A stretch of DNA of 64,000 nucleotides from Okamejei kenojei (lineage: Eukaryota). The DNA is taken from contig CM069148.1 of assembly GCA_035221665.1 (NCBI GenBank), positions 46,996,001 to 47,060,000 on the forward strand, in the 5' to 3' direction. This document shows positions 26,532 through 40,027 of the stretch, in pieces (the stretch's first letter is position 1; each line of letters starts with the position of its first letter). A program made the position numbers and the translations under genes. Under the pieces are notes generated by a model. It ran no database searches. It was given only the letters and a program-made list of their open reading frames with translations, and was not told the DNA's origin.

Positions 26532-26570
26532 CAGGACCCCACAAATATATTCCATCAGCTATACACACAG
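26532..26570 (+). CDS. Micro-exon type A' (39 nt), AGPHKYIPSAIHT
   Basis: ctgactttctcttttacag|...CAG|gtcagt. Confidence 0.75.
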
Positions 26571-27288
26571 GTCAGTCATGCTCTGACCCAAAGGTGGACA
26601 TTCACCGCTCCTTGTATATTCTTCCGTTGGTCTTCCTCCAGTATTTCAATGTTTGCTACAAGAAGAAGATCCAGTTGGATTTATGAACACAGCATTAGTT
26701 TGGGATATGATACTATTAGCTTCCCAACAATTTCCTATCTTTCATTGTGAACGGACTCAGTGATCCTCCATCACAAGAAGGACCGGTCTACTTCATTCCC
26801 CCAGGGAAACAAATGTGTTGACCAGAGGTGAAATGCATTTGGTTTTGAGACATTGGCCCCTTGCTCCAGCAGTGAAAGCCTTCAAGAGTGAAAAATGTAT
26901 CGAGGGGCTTCCTGAGGCTGCTGCGCAGGTGCCTGGTCTTTCCATCTGCTCGGGCAGGTAGACACAGGGACCTGTAATTTATTTTGAGAGGACTAGACTA
27001 CAAAAAGAAGGATGTAATGCTGAGGCTACATAAGGTGCTGGTCAAACTATATTTGGAGTATTGGGAGCAATTCTACGTCCCATATCTGAGGATAGATGTG
27101 CTGGCACTGGAGGGGGTCCAAAAGAGGTTTACGAGGTTTATGGTCTCGAGCAGGTTATCCTATGATTAATATTTAAGGGCACTGGGCCTGTACTCACTGG
27201 AGTTTAGAAGGTTGAGGGAGGACCTCATTGAAAGTTACCAAATAGTGAAAGGCGTGGATAGACTGCATGTGGAGAGGATGTTTCCACT

Positions 27289-29750
27289 AACCATATAACA
27301 AACCATATAACAATTACAGCACCGAAACAGGCCCTCTCGGCCCTTCCAGTCCGTGCCGACCATTTGTTTTCCCCTAGTCCCATCTACCTGCACTCAGACC
27401 ATACGCCTCCATTCCCTTCACGTCCATATACCTATCCACTTTACTCTTAAATGTTAAAATCGATCCTGCCTCCACCACTTCTGCTGATGTAGCACTTCAC
27501 ACTTATCAGCATTAAACTCCATCTGCCATCTTTCAGCCCACTTTTCCAAATGGCCCAAATCTCTCTGTAGACTTTGAAAATCTACTTCATTATCCACAGC
27601 ACCACCTATCTTAGTATCATCTGCATACTTACTTATCCAATTTTCCACCCCATCATCCAGATCATTGATGTACATGACAAACAACAGTGGACCCAACACA
27701 GATCCCTGAGGCACCCCACTGGTCACCGGCTTCCAACCTGACAAACAGCCATCCACCATTACTCTCTGACATCTCCCATTCAGCCACTGTTGAATCCATC
27801 TTGCTACTCCGCCATTAACACCCAAAGATTGAACCTTCTTAACCAACCTTCCATGGGGAACCTTGTCAAAAGGCCTTACTGAAATCCATATAACAAACAT
27901 CCACTGCTTTACCCTCATCAATTTCCCTAGTTACCGCTTCAAAAAATTCAAGAAGGTTTGTCAAACATGACCTTCCAGGCACAAATCCATGTTGACTGTT
28001 CCTGATCAGACCCTGTTTATCCAGATGCTTATATATATTATCTCTAAGTATCCTTTCCATTAATTTGCCCACCACTGACGTCAAACTAATAGGTCTATAA
28101 TTGCTAGGTTTATTCTTTGAACCCTTTTTAAACAATGGAACAACATGCGCAATACGCCAATCCTCTGGCACTATTCCCGTTTCTAATGACATTTGAAATA
28201 TTTCTGTCATAGCTCCTGCTATTTCTACACTAACTTTCCTCAATGTCCTAGGGAATATCCTGTCAGGACCTGGAGACTTATCCACTTTTATATTTTTCAA
28301 AAGTGTCAGTACTTCCTCCTCTTTGAATCTCATAGTTTCCATAGCTACTCTACTTTTTCCCCTTAACTCACCGAATTCAATATCCTTCTCCTGGGTGAAT
28401 ACCGAAGAAAAGAAATTGTTCAATATCTCCCCCATCTCTTTCGGCTCTGCAGATAGCTGTCCATTCTGGTTCTCTAATGGTCCAATTTTATCCCATGTTA
28501 TCCTTTTGCTATTAATATAGCTGTAGAAACCCTTTGGGTTTACTTTCACCTTTCTTGCCAAAGCAACCTCATATCTTCTTTTAGCCTTCCTAATTTCTTT
28601 CTTAAGATTCTTTTTACATTCTTTATACTCCTCTCGCACCTCATTTACTCCATGCCTCCTATAATTATTGTAGATATCTCTCTTCATTCGAAACAACTGT
28701 TCAATTTCCCTTGAAAACCATGGCTCTTTCCAATTTTTACTATTTCCTTTCAACCTAACAGGGACATAAAGATTCTGTACTCTTACAATTTCCCCTTTAA
28801 ATGTCCTCCATTTCTCTTCTACATCCTTCCCATGAAACAAAGTGTCCCAATTCACTCCTTTAAAATCCTTACGCATTCCCTCAAAGTTAGCCTTTCTCCA
28901 ATCAAAAATCTCCACCCTAGGTCCAGTTCTGACTCTCTCCATAATTATATTGAAACTAATGGTATTGTGATCACTGGTCCCGAAGTGCTCACCAACGCAT
29001 ACCTCCGTCACCTGACCTGCCTCATTTCCTAACAGGAGGTCCAGCACTGCCCCTTCTCTGGTCGATACCTCTATGTACTGCTGCAAAAAACTATCCTGCA
29101 CACATTTTACAAACTCCAAACCATCCAGCCCATTTTACAGAATGTGTTTCCCAGTCTATTTTTGGAAAATTGAAATCTCCCACAATCACTACCTTGTGCT
29201 TACTACTAATATCTGCTATCTCCTTACATATTTGCTCTTCCAATTCACGCTCCCCATTTGGCAGTCTATAATACACCCTAAAAGTGTTGCTACAACCGTT
29301 CCCACTTCTCAGTTCCACCCAAATAGCCTCCCTAGATGAGCCCTCTAATCTATCCTGCCAAAGCACTGCTGTAATATCTTCTCTGACAAGCAATGCAACA
29401 CCCCCCCCTCTGGTCCCTCCAATTCTATCACACCTGAAGCAACGAAATCCTGGAATATTTAGTTTCCAATCACAGCCCTCCTGCAACCATGTTTCACTGA
29501 TTGCCACAACATCATATTTCCAGGTGTCAATCCAGGCTCTAAGTTTGTCCACCTTACTTACAATGCTCCTAGCATTAAAATATACACATTTTAGAAACCC
29601 ACCATCCCTTATTCTCTGTCTATTATCTTTTTCATCTTTTTCATCTTTCTCGCCTACATTTTGGATCCGAGTGCTTCCCTTCTCTGCCTCTTGCCCCACA
29701 CCCTGACCCCTAGCCCCCTCTACCCGAGTCCCTCCCCCCAGCCTTTCTAG
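27289..29750 (-). mobile_element. CR1 LINE ORF2 (APE endonuclease plus RT), frameshifted, with an internal deletion before the 3' UTR
   Basis: YFNARS, ISETWL, GDFN, SDH, KSPGPD, NYRPISLTS, QHGF, DFSKAF, YADD; (gttatatg)-type tail at 27289-27312. Confidence 0.93.
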
Positions 29751-30021
29751 TTCAAAGAGAGGGTGGGAGTGAGGGTAGATAGGGAGGAGAATCATCGAAA
29801 ATATAGGTGGAAATGCGACGGGAAGATATTTATCGCCACGATGGGAAAAATGTGAGTAGGATCTGTGAAAATGGAAAGGCTGTGGCCTAGCGTTTGGAAG
29901 AAGATAGGAAAAGCAGATTGACACATCGTTGGCACAAACACAAACAATAGGAAGAGTTTTAGTATTATAGAGATTGCATGTGGTTTTAAATGTTCTCATA
30001 TTGAATGATATTAAATGATAT

Positions 30022-30238
30022 TGTGGCGGCTCCCAAGGGTCGGGCCATCCTAACTGTCAAACCCCTCGGCACGAGAATGGCTCAGTCCAGAGGCAGCCCT
30101 TAACCAGAGGGATAAAAGACAAGGGTTTTGGGTGCCATCTTTCTCTCGTGGTCTACCTTACGACATGGAAGGACATAACAAAAAGGTACTTCCCAATACA
30201 CCTGGCTTCTTTCTTTGATTTCAGGATCGTACCCCACA
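30022..30238 (+). mobile_element. Solo LTR of the Gypsy element
   Basis: TG...CA ends; ATAT on both sides; high similarity to 34816-35030. Confidence 0.85.
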
Positions 30239-30359
30239 ATATGTTCAATGTATATCGAGATATTGATCCGTGCCTTTTCCCTGTGTTATTTACGTATGTG
30301 TATATTCCCAATGTGGCAACTTGCTCTTGTTGACTCGTATCTGACTTTCTCTTTTACAG

Positions 30360-30398
30360 CAGGACCCCATGAATATTTTCCAGCAGCTCCGCACACAG
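30360..30398 (+). CDS. Micro-exon type A' (39 nt), AGPHEYFPAAPHT
   Basis: ctgactttctcttttacag|...CAG|gtcagt. Confidence 0.78.
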
Positions 30399-30935
30399 GT
30401 CAGTCCTGCTCTGAACCAAAGGTGGACATTCACCGCTCTAGCTCCTTCTATATTCTACCATTGGTCTCCTCCAGTATTTCAATGTTTGCTACAAGCAGAA
30501 GATCCAGTTGGATTTAAGAACACAGAATTAGTTTGGACTATTATCTTCCCAACAATTTCTTACCTTTCATTGTGAACGGACTCAGTGATCCTCCATCACT
30601 AGAAGGACTGGTCTGCTTCATTCCCCCAGGGAAACATATGTATTGACCTGAGGTGAAATGCATTTGGGTCTGAGATTGTCCCCTTGCTCCAGCAGTGAAA
30701 GCCTTCATGATGAGAGGCGTTGAGGGGCTTCCTGACATTAATGAGCTGAGCGGGTGCCTGATCTTTCCATATGTTCCCTCTGCTTGGGCCGCTGGACACG
30801 GGGACCTGTAATTTATTTTGAGAGGACTAGAATACTAAAACAAGAATGTCATGCTGATGCTCCATAAGGCGCTGGTCAGATCGCATTCAGAGTTTGTGAG
30901 CAATTTTACGCCACATATCTTAGGAAGGATGTGCT

Positions 30936-33900
30936 GGCCCTTAACCAGAGGGATTAAAGGCCAGGGTTTTGGGTGCCATCTTTCTCTCGTGGACTTCCTT
31001 ACGACACGGAACGACATAATAAAAGGTACTTCCCAATACACCTGGCTTCTTCCTTTAATTTCGGGATCGTACCCCACATTGGTGACCCCTGACGTTCCAT
31101 CGTCGTCATGATGGAGAATAAAGCACATCCTTCCTCCTCAAATGCCGACCCGGCCCTGTCTCTGGACGCGGACTCGGTAAAATTACTTACCTTTTGGACC
31201 ACCCGGCTGCACATCTGGTTTCAGCAGGCGGAGGCCCAATTCAATCTGCGGGGAATCACAGTCGACGACACCCGTTTCTATTACCTGGTGGGGGCCCTCG
31301 ACCAGGACACGGTCGAAGAGGTCACAGACTTCCTCGCAGCCCCACAGGCCACCGAGAAATACCGTGGTCTTAAGGAGCTCCTGCTCGAGACTTATGGGCT
31401 CTGCAGGATGGAGCGTGCTGCCAGGCTCCTTCATATGGAGGGCCTTGGCGACCGATGACCATCAAGCCTCCTACAGGAGATGGTCGCGCTTTTGGATGGG
31501 CACACGCATGCCTAATGTTTGAATATACATACCTGCATCTGCTGCCAGCCTACATCCGTCTTCAGCTCACGGATGTCTCCTTCGACGACATTAGGGCCCT
31601 CGGTAGGTGCGCCGACGCGTTGTGGATGATGCACTCTGATGATTACAACGTGCTGGCTGTTGCCAGGCATGGTGACGTGCTGCGGACGGCGCGCTCTGAT
31701 GACGTCACACCGGCAGCTCCCGAATTTCTCCGGTGGGGCGGGGGCGCTGTGGAAGGAGTTGCAGTTGCATCTTGGAGGCCGATATGATCGCCCCCCTGCG
31801 GCCGTGTCGGGTACTGCACCTGCAGTTCAGCGCCAGCAAGCTCCAAGCGCCACCAGCAGGAGGCTCTGGTGCTATTACCACCAGCGCTGGGGTGCTGCAG
31901 CACGGAGATGCTGTCAGCCTTGCACGTTCCCGGGAAACGCCTGGGCCGACTTCCAATAGTCCCCGCGGCTGCCGGCCAGATCCACCGCCTCTTCGCCCGG
32001 GATCAGCGCTCCGGGACCCGCTTCCTCGTCGATACCGGGGCAGAGCTGCACCCATCGCTGGCCGACATTCGTTCCGGTAAGCGGGGGCCCGTCCTCACCG
32101 TGGGGAATGGCAGCTCCATCCGCACTTATGTGGTTCGCTTGGTTCCGATCGTGTTCGGCTGCTGCCATTTCTCGTGGCGGTTCACCATTGCTGACCTCGC
32201 CCAACCGTTGCTCGGTGCCGACTTCCTCCGAGCGCATTCCCTCCTGGTGGATGTCAGGCGTCAGCGTTTGGTCAAAGCCGCCACGATGGAGACGATTACG
32301 CTGCGATAGGATGAGCAGCTGGGATGGCACTGGTCGTCCGTGGATTCCCGCTTCGCTCGGATATTGGCCGCGTTCCCAGATATCCTGACCCCACAGTTTC
32401 GGTCATCGACCCCCAGTCACGGGGTGGTTCATTTCATTCAAACTACTGGCCCACCTCTCCATGCACGAGCACGCCAACTTCCACCGGATAAACTACATCT
32501 GGCGCGGCAGGAGTTCCGCATGATGGAGTCGTTGGGGATCGTCTGCCCTTCAAGCAGCACATGGGCGTCCACACACCACATGGTCCCTAAGGCAAGTGGG
32601 GGCTGCCGACCTTGCGGGGTTTATCGGCGGCTGAATGCCGCAACAACCGCACATCCATACCCCGTACCCCACATCCAGGACTTCACCGCCCATTTGGCCG
32701 GCGCTACTATATTCTCCAAAGTGGACCTGGTACGGGGTTATAACCAGATCCTGGTCCACCCAAGATGTACCCAAGACGGCGATCATCACGCCGTTCGGCC
32801 TTTATGAATTAGTGCGGATGCCGTTCGGCCGCACGAACGCTGCGCAGGCATTCCAACGCTTGATAGACGGGGTGTGTCGTGGCCTTGACTTTGTTTTCGT
32901 CTACCTCAACGACATCCTGGTGGCCAGCCGCTCACAGCAGGAGCACTGCGCCCACCTCCGGCAGCTCTGTCAGCGTCTCAGCGAGCATGGCTTGGCTGTC
33001 AACCTCGCCAAGTGCCGTTTCAGGGTAACCAAAATCAACATCCTCGGCCACCGCGTGACTGCACAAGGCGCGGTTCCCCTACCGGACAGGGTCGACGCCA
33101 TCTGTCGGTTTCCCCGTCCATACACGGTGCGCGGCCTGCAGGAGTTTGTTGGGATGGTGGCATTCTATCATCGTTTTGTGCCATCCGCAGCCCACATCAT
33201 GCGGCCACTGTACCAACCTCTGGCGGGTGGGCAGCATAAGAACGTCGAGTAGACCAATGAGGCGGTGGCAGCATTTGACGGCGCGAAGGAGGCCTTTGCT
33301 CGGGCCGTACTGCTGGTGCACCCACGGGAAAATGCCCCGACGGCTCTCACGGTGGACGCCTCGGCGTCAGTGGTTGGTGCTGTGCTGGAGAAACTGACGG
33401 ATGGTGGTTGGCGGCCCCTGGCCTTCTTCAGCCGGCACCTCAACCGCGCTCAGACCAAATACAGCGCGTTTGATCGTGAGCTCCTGGCTCTGTACCTGGC
33501 AGTGTATCCACTTCCGCTACTTTCTGGAGGGCCGCCCATTCACTGCCTACACAGACCACAAGCCGCTCACTTTCACCCTGGCGAAGGTTTCCGACCCCTG
33601 GTCCGCACATCAGCAGCGGCAGTTGGCCTACATTTTGGAATATATCACATTCATCCGCTACGTCAAGGGGAAAGAGAACCGGGTGGCCGACGCTTTGTCC
33701 CACCCTGCCATCGACGCCGTTTTCACGGTGGCACCCGGAATTGACTATTCTGCCTTGGCGGATGCGCACCTCACGGACGGTGAGATTCCCGCCTATGGGA
33801 CTGCCATCTCCGACCTTTGCCTCGAGGATGTCCCTCTCGGTCCCGGAGGGGCAACGATCTTGTGCGATGTGTCGTCCGGTCAGCCGCACCCCATCGTCAC

Positions 33901-35030
33901 TGCCGCCTGGCGCCGGAGGGTCTTCGACATTATCCACGGGCTGGCTCACCCATCCATCCGGGCGACGACGGCACTAGTGGATGCTCGGTTCATGTGGCAT
34001 GGTCTGCGCAAGCAGGTTGGCCACTGGGCTCGCACCTGCATTCTGTGCCAAACGGCGAAGATCCAGCGCCGAGCTGTGGTCGGCCATGGCTCGAGGTGCG
34101 GCTGCACCACACCACAGCTTATCACCTGCAAGCTAACGGACTGGTGGAGAGGTTCCACCAGCAGCTCAAGGCAGCGCTGAAGGTGCTACTCTCCGGCCCG
34201 GACGGACGAGTTGCCATGGGTCTTATTGGGCATCCGGACTGCTCCTAAAGTGGACTTGGCCTCATCATCGGCGGAACTCGTATACAGGTCGCCGCTCACG
34301 GTGCCCGGGGAGTTCGTGCCGTCGGTGCAGGGGCACCTCGGCACCCGAGTTGGCAGGCTCGCACCCGTCCCGATGCCCCGCCATGGGACATTTCGCCTGC
34401 ATGCGCCATCAGCCCTCCGGGACTGCCCTTACGTTTTCCTGCACCGTGATGCCCACCAGACGCCACTCCAGAGGCCGTACAAGGGCCCGTTCCGCGTGCT
34501 GGAATGCGGGCAGACGACCTTTGTGTTGGATATGGGGGCCGGCCGGAGGCTGTGTTGATTGACCGGTGGAAGCCGACACATCTGGACATTGACCAGCCGG
34601 TGCTGGTTGTCCGACGTCGGCCTCGAGGGCGCCCCCCTTCACAGCTCCCTCCGCCTGTCACTCCACCGGTCTTCCAGCTTGTCCCTCCACCTGTCCCTCC
34701 ACCTGTACCTCCACCAGCCCCTCGGTCGGCTAACTTCCACACGTGGTCCGGCCGGGTTGTGCACCCGCTGGTGCATTTCGTCCCTCTGGTTCTGGGGGGG
34801 GGGGGGGGGGTGTCCTGTGGCGGCTCCCAAGGGTCGGGCCATCCTAACTGTCAAACCCCTCGGCACGGGGAATGGTTCAGTCCAGAGACGGCCCTTAACC
34901 AGAGGGATAAAAGACAAGGGTTTTGGGTGCCCTTTCTCTCGTGGTCTACCTTACGACACGGAAGGACATAATAAAAGGTACTTCCCAATACACCTGGCTT
35001 CTCGCTTTGATTTCGGGATCGTACCCCCCA
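30936..35030 (+). mobile_element. Ty3/Gypsy LTR retrotransposon (truncated 5' LTR 30936-31078, 3' LTR 34816-35030), degenerate gag-pol
   Basis: PBS tggtgacccctgacg (tRNA-Trp-like) at 31080; gag FW...WFQQAEAQF and CYYHQRWG...C..PC; protease FLVDTGA; RT (YLND); RNase H (VDAS, YSAFDRELLA); integrase HHCC and ANGLVERFH; poly-G PPT before the 3' LTR. Confidence 0.93.
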
Positions 35031-35148
35031 ATATGTTCAATGTATATCGAGATATTGATCCGTGCCTTTTCCTTGTGTTATTTACGTATGTGTAAATACC
35101 CAGTGTGGCAAATTGTTGTTGACACATATCTGACTTTCTCTTTTACAG

Positions 35149-35187
35149 CAGGACCCCATGAATATTTTTCACCAGCTCCGCACACAG
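35149..35187 (+). CDS. Micro-exon type A' (39 nt), AGPHEYFSPAPHT
   Basis: ctgactttctcttttacag|...CAG|gtcagt. Confidence 0.78.
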
Positions 35188-35614
35188 GTCAGTCCTGCTC
35201 AACCCAAAGGTGGACATTCACCACTCTAGCTCCTTCTATATTCTACCGTTGGTCTTCCTCCAGTATTTCAATGTTTGCTGCAAGCAGAATATCCAGTTGG
35301 ATTTATGAACACAGCATTAGATTGGGATATGATACTATTATCTTCCCAACAATTTCCTACCTTTCATTGTGAACTGACTCAGTGATCCTCCATCACAAGA
35401 AGGACTGGTCTACTTCATTCCCCCAGGGAAACACGTATTGACCTGAGGTGAAACGCATTTTGGTTTGAGAGATTGTCCCCTTGCTCGAGCAGTGAAAGCC
35501 TTCATGATGAGAGGCGTCGAGGGGCTTCCTGTCGTTGATGAGCTGAGCTGGTGCCTGATCTATCCATATGTTCCCTCTGCTTGGGCCGCTGGACACAGGG
35601 ACCTGTAATTTATT

Positions 35615-36425
35615 TTGAGAGGACTAGAATACTAAAACAAGAATGTCATGCTGATGCTCCATAAGGCGCTGGTCAGATTGCATTCAGAGTTTTTTGAGCA
35701 ATTTTATGCCCCAATTCTGAGGAAGGATGTGCTGGCACTGGAGGTGGTCCAGATGAGGTTTACGAAAATAATCCCATGTATGAGTGGGGTAACACATGTT
35801 GAAGATTTGAGGGCACTGGCCCAATACTCACTGGGGTTTAGATGGATGAGGGGGGACCTTATTGAAACTAGTGAAAGGCCTGGATAGAGTGGATGTGGGG
35901 AGAATGTTTCCACTAGTAGGAGAATCTAGGACCAGAGGCCATAGACTCAGAATTAAAGGATGTTCCTTGAGGAAGGAGATGAGGGATTTCTTTAGTTAGT
36001 GGATGGTGAATCTGCGGAATTCATTGTCACGGAAGGCTGTGGAGACCAAGTCAATGGATATTTTTAAGGCAGTAATAGATAGATTCTTGATTAGTACAGG
36101 TGTCAGGGGCTGTGGGGGGGGGGGGGAAGGCAGCAGAATAGCGTTAATAGGAAGATGTTCCTTGAGGAAGGAGATGAGGGATTTCTTAGGTTAGTGGATG
36201 GTGAATCTGTGGAATTCATTGTCACAGAAGGCTGTGGAGGACGTTGATGGATATTTTTAAGGCAGTGATAGATAAATTCTTCATTTGTACAGGTGTCGGG
36301 GGTTATGGGGAGAAGGCAACAGAATAGGGTTAATAGGGAGAGATATATCAGCCATGATTGAATGGTGGCATAGACTTGATGAGCTCCTGCCACTTATGAA
36401 CTGTTTTGCTCCTGTTGCTTATGAA
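35615..36425 (+). mobile_element. Old CR1 LINE 3' fragment (related pieces at ~26990-27288, 38815-39700, 40740-41510)
   Basis: LHKALVRLHSEF...LRKDVLALEVVQMRFTK...RGDLIET. Confidence 0.75.
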
Positions 36426-36878
36426 CTGTTGAACCTGTACAAATTTAAAATTAGATTACCTTGGTTGAATGTTTCCACATCCTCCTGTCCCTTGTCAACA
36501 TGCCCTTGGAGGAGCAGTGTTGGCCGAGCAGGAACGGGGGTTCTGAAGTCAGTCCTCACCATGACAGGACTGGGTCAGTGAGTGTTCCTGTTGGGAGGCT
36601 CCTTCCTTCTGGTGACCAGAATCATTCACGTGGGTCAGTTTGTTGTCTGGTGCAGTGACTCCTCACCAGTGGACATCACACGGGGACAGGGGGAGGCCGC
36701 ACAGCCCAGCAGTAATGTGGTGTCTCCAGCTCCTGGGCCAAGTATCTGCCATTGTATTACGGGATCACTGGATCTTTTCATCATCGCTTGCATGTTTGAT
36801 TGGTCTCTTCCATCTGTTATAAAAGTTCCTGTGTTGATGGATTTTACTATGAAGTGATATTTGATTTCTTCTCCCCAG

Positions 36879-37569
36879 CAGGCGCTAACAACTATTATTA
36901 CCCATATCAGACATCTGAGCTATGCTTTTACAAAATCGTATTCCCTTCGTTTTGAGTGCCAGCAGGGTTAACAGGGGAATATTTTCTTGTATTCCCCTTT
37001 CTTGCGAACGCCTATGGACTTTACGTGTTAAAACACCAGTAAATATAGTCTTATATTCCCCTGGTCTCACATCCGGGAACTTGGCAATGTGGCGCTGTGT
37101 GGGAAATTTAGAATTTGTTCTCGACAAAACAAGCAAAATGGCAGCCTCCTGCGAGAAGAGGTTCGCGACTTTTGACGAACAGCAATTTGACGAGATTTTA
37201 CAAAACAAAGACGCGCAGAACACGAAGAAGGCAACGAAACAAGCAGTAACAATATTCAAGGAATATTTGATGGAGAAGGGTCTAGATGTCGATATTCAAA
37301 CGGCAGACAGGAAGACTGCCGCGTCCATTTTGGCTAAATTTTACGTGGAAGTCCGCCGAGCTGAGATGTTGAGATTTTCCTCTAGATGTCTGATATGGGT
37401 AATAATAACAATAATGACTGTCCTCTTTCGGGGGATACGACATATATTGCCCTCACTAGATCCATATTGCCCTCGTCTTCGACTCGGGCAATATGAATCT
37501 ACTTCAGGCAATATATGTCGTATCCCCCTCAAGGCCAGTCAATATTCTATTATTATCCACCCAGTGAAG
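36879..37569 (+). pseudogene. Type B' micro-exon (AGANNYYPPSE) split by a Crypton-like insertion
   Basis: ctccccag|CAGGCGCTAACAACTATTAT ... TATTATCCACCCAGTGAAG|gtcaat. Confidence 0.75.
36899..37550 (+). mobile_element. Non-autonomous Crypton-like (DUF3504/KCTD1-type YR family) element
   Basis: MAASCEKRFATFDEQQFDEILQNKDAQNTKKATKQAVTIFKEYL...LAKFYVEVRR resembles the N-terminus of CryptonA recombinases; ctattatta at both ends; long subterminal hairpin. Confidence 0.65.
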
Positions 37570-38240
37570 GTCAATCACAGGCATTGCCAGCATGATACAC
37601 ACACAATCGTCATCCTCAGTCCCTGTATATTTCAACGTTTCCAAATGTTATTACAAATTGCATGCGGTTTTAAAATGTTCTCATATTGAATTAAATCAAA
37701 ATCAAAACATATGTTCAATGTATATTGAGATATTGATCCGTTTTTCTCCCGTGTTATTTAAGTATGTGTATATACACAGTGTGGCCCCTTGTTCTTGTTG
37801 ATTTATATCCGACTTCCTCAGCATTACATCCTTGTTTTCGTAGTCTAGTCCTCTCAAAATAAATTACAGGTCCGTGTCTAGCTGCCCGAGCAGAGGGAGC
37901 AGATGGAAAGACCAGGCACCTGCGCAGCAGCCTCAGGAAGCCCCTCGATACCTCTTTCACTCATGAAGGCTTTCACTGCTGGAGCAAGGGAACAATCTCT
38001 CAGTCCTGCTCTGACCCGAAGGTGGACATACACTGCTCTAGATCCTTCTATATTCTACCATTGGTCTTCCACCAGTATTTCAATGTCAGTGATTAAAAAA
38101 CAGATGAAATAGACAGATTTAACATGCAGGAGGCTGACGAGCTGAGCTGGTGTCTGATCTTTCCATCTGTTTCCTCTGCTTGGACCGCTGGGCACAGGGA
38201 CCTGTCCACATTTTGAATTAGGATACCTTGGTTGGTCAGT

Positions 38241-38268
38241 CTGAAGAAGGGTCTCGACCCGAAACGTC
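38241..38268 (+). ncRNA. Putative minimal hammerhead ribozyme core (Penelope pLTR)
   Basis: CTGAAGAAGGGTCTCGACCCGAAACGTC. Confidence 0.55.
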
Positions 38269-38736
38269 TCCCATTCCTTCTCTGCACAGATGCTGCGTGC
38301 CCCACTGAGTTGCTCCCGCGTTTTGTGTCTACCTTGCCTCCGCACCCCGTGACACTAGGTCCACCTGTACCTGGTCAATGTTTTTTCAGGGGAGCAGCGT
38401 TGGCTGAGCAGGAACTGGGGGTTGAAGTCAGTCCCCTCTGCAACAGGACTGGGTCAGTGAGAGCTGTTGTGAGGCTGGACCCCTCTGATGACCAGATTCT
38501 TTCACATGGATCAGATTGTTGTCTAGTCTGTGGTGACTGCTCACCAGTGGACATCACACGGGGACAGGGGAGGCCACACAGCCCAGCAGTACTGTGTTGT
38601 CTCCAGCACCTGTTCCAAGTGTCTGCTGTTGTATCACGAGATAACTGGACCCTGGATGCTAAATCTGTCTATTTCATCTGTTTTAATCAATATTGATGGA
38701 TTTTACTACGCTTAATATTTGAATCCTTCTCCCCAG

Positions 38737-38769
38737 CAAAACCTGGCAACTATTATCCACCCAGTGAAG
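38737..38769 (+). CDS. Micro-exon type B' (33 nt), AKPGNYYPPSE
   Basis: atccttctccccag|...GAAG|gttggt. Confidence 0.7.
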
Positions 38770-40027
38770 GTTGGTCACAGTTTGTACATCCTTAAATGTG
38801 GGATAAAGTAATGGACTGTTTTCTAAATGGGGAGAGGAATCAGAAATTGGAGGTGCAAGTGTATTTGGGAATACTGGTGCATAATTCCCAAAAAGTTAAT
38901 TTACAAATTGAATCGGTAGTAAGGAGGCCAAATGCAATGTTAACATTCATTCCACCATGGATAGAATATAAAAGCAGGGATGTAATGATGAGGGTTTATA
39001 TGCCACTGGTCAGACTGCATATGGAGTATTGTGAGCAGTTTTGGGCCCATTATATGAGGATGGATGTGCTGGCATTGGAGAGATCCCAGAAGAATTTACA
39101 AGAATGATCCCAGGGCTGATTGAGTAAATGTATGATGAGCATTTGATGGCACTGGTCATGTACTCACTGGAGTTTAGAAGGATGAGAGGGGAATCTCATG
39201 GAAAGTTACTAAATAATTAAAGGCCTGGATAGAGTGGATGTGGAGATGGTGTTTCCACTAGTGGGAGAGACTTGGACCAGACAGCTCAGCCTCAGAATAA
39301 AAGGACATACCTTTAGAAAGGAGATGAGGTGGAATTTCTTTAGTTAGAAGGTGGTGAATATGTGGAATTAATTGCCACAGACGGCTGTGGAGGCCAAGTC
39401 CTTGAGTATTTTAAAAACGGGGATGATGGGTCTTGTGTACGTAGGAACTGCAGATGCTGGAAGACAGACACAAAATGCTGGAGTGACTCAGTGGGACAGG
39501 CAACATCACTAGATAGAAGTCCTGGGTGACGTTTCGGTTTGAGACCCTTCTTCAGACTAGGTCTTCATTAGTGAGGGCATAAACGTTACAGATAAAAGGC
39601 AGGTGAATACTGTTGAGAGGGATGGACAGATCAGGATTGAGTGGTGGAGTACACTCGATGGGCCAAAGGGCCTATTTTTGCTCCTATGTGTCATGAACTT
39701 AGGAAAGTTTTTGCCACCAGAAATCTTTGAAATATCTCACATGGTCTCTCACCCTTTGGTCCCTCAACATGAATGACATTGAAGGTGTTTGAGGCCCAGA
39801 CACTGACACCTGCTGCATAATCCAGACAACTCGAGAAGCAGCCATTCATTCATCATCCCTTTCCTGTATGTCAAATTTGCAAGCAATTTTTTTTATGTTC
39901 TCATATTAAATATGAATAAAGTATTTTGATCCACGTCTTTTTTCCTTGTGATATTTCCCATGTGATATTTTCTACATATACCCAGTGTGTTCCCTTGTTG
40001 ACTCATACCTGTCTTCCTCTTTTACAG

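Noticed and set aside
34793-34810. Poly-G tract as a special G-quadruplex element
   Set aside because: Explained as the polypurine tract of the Gypsy element.
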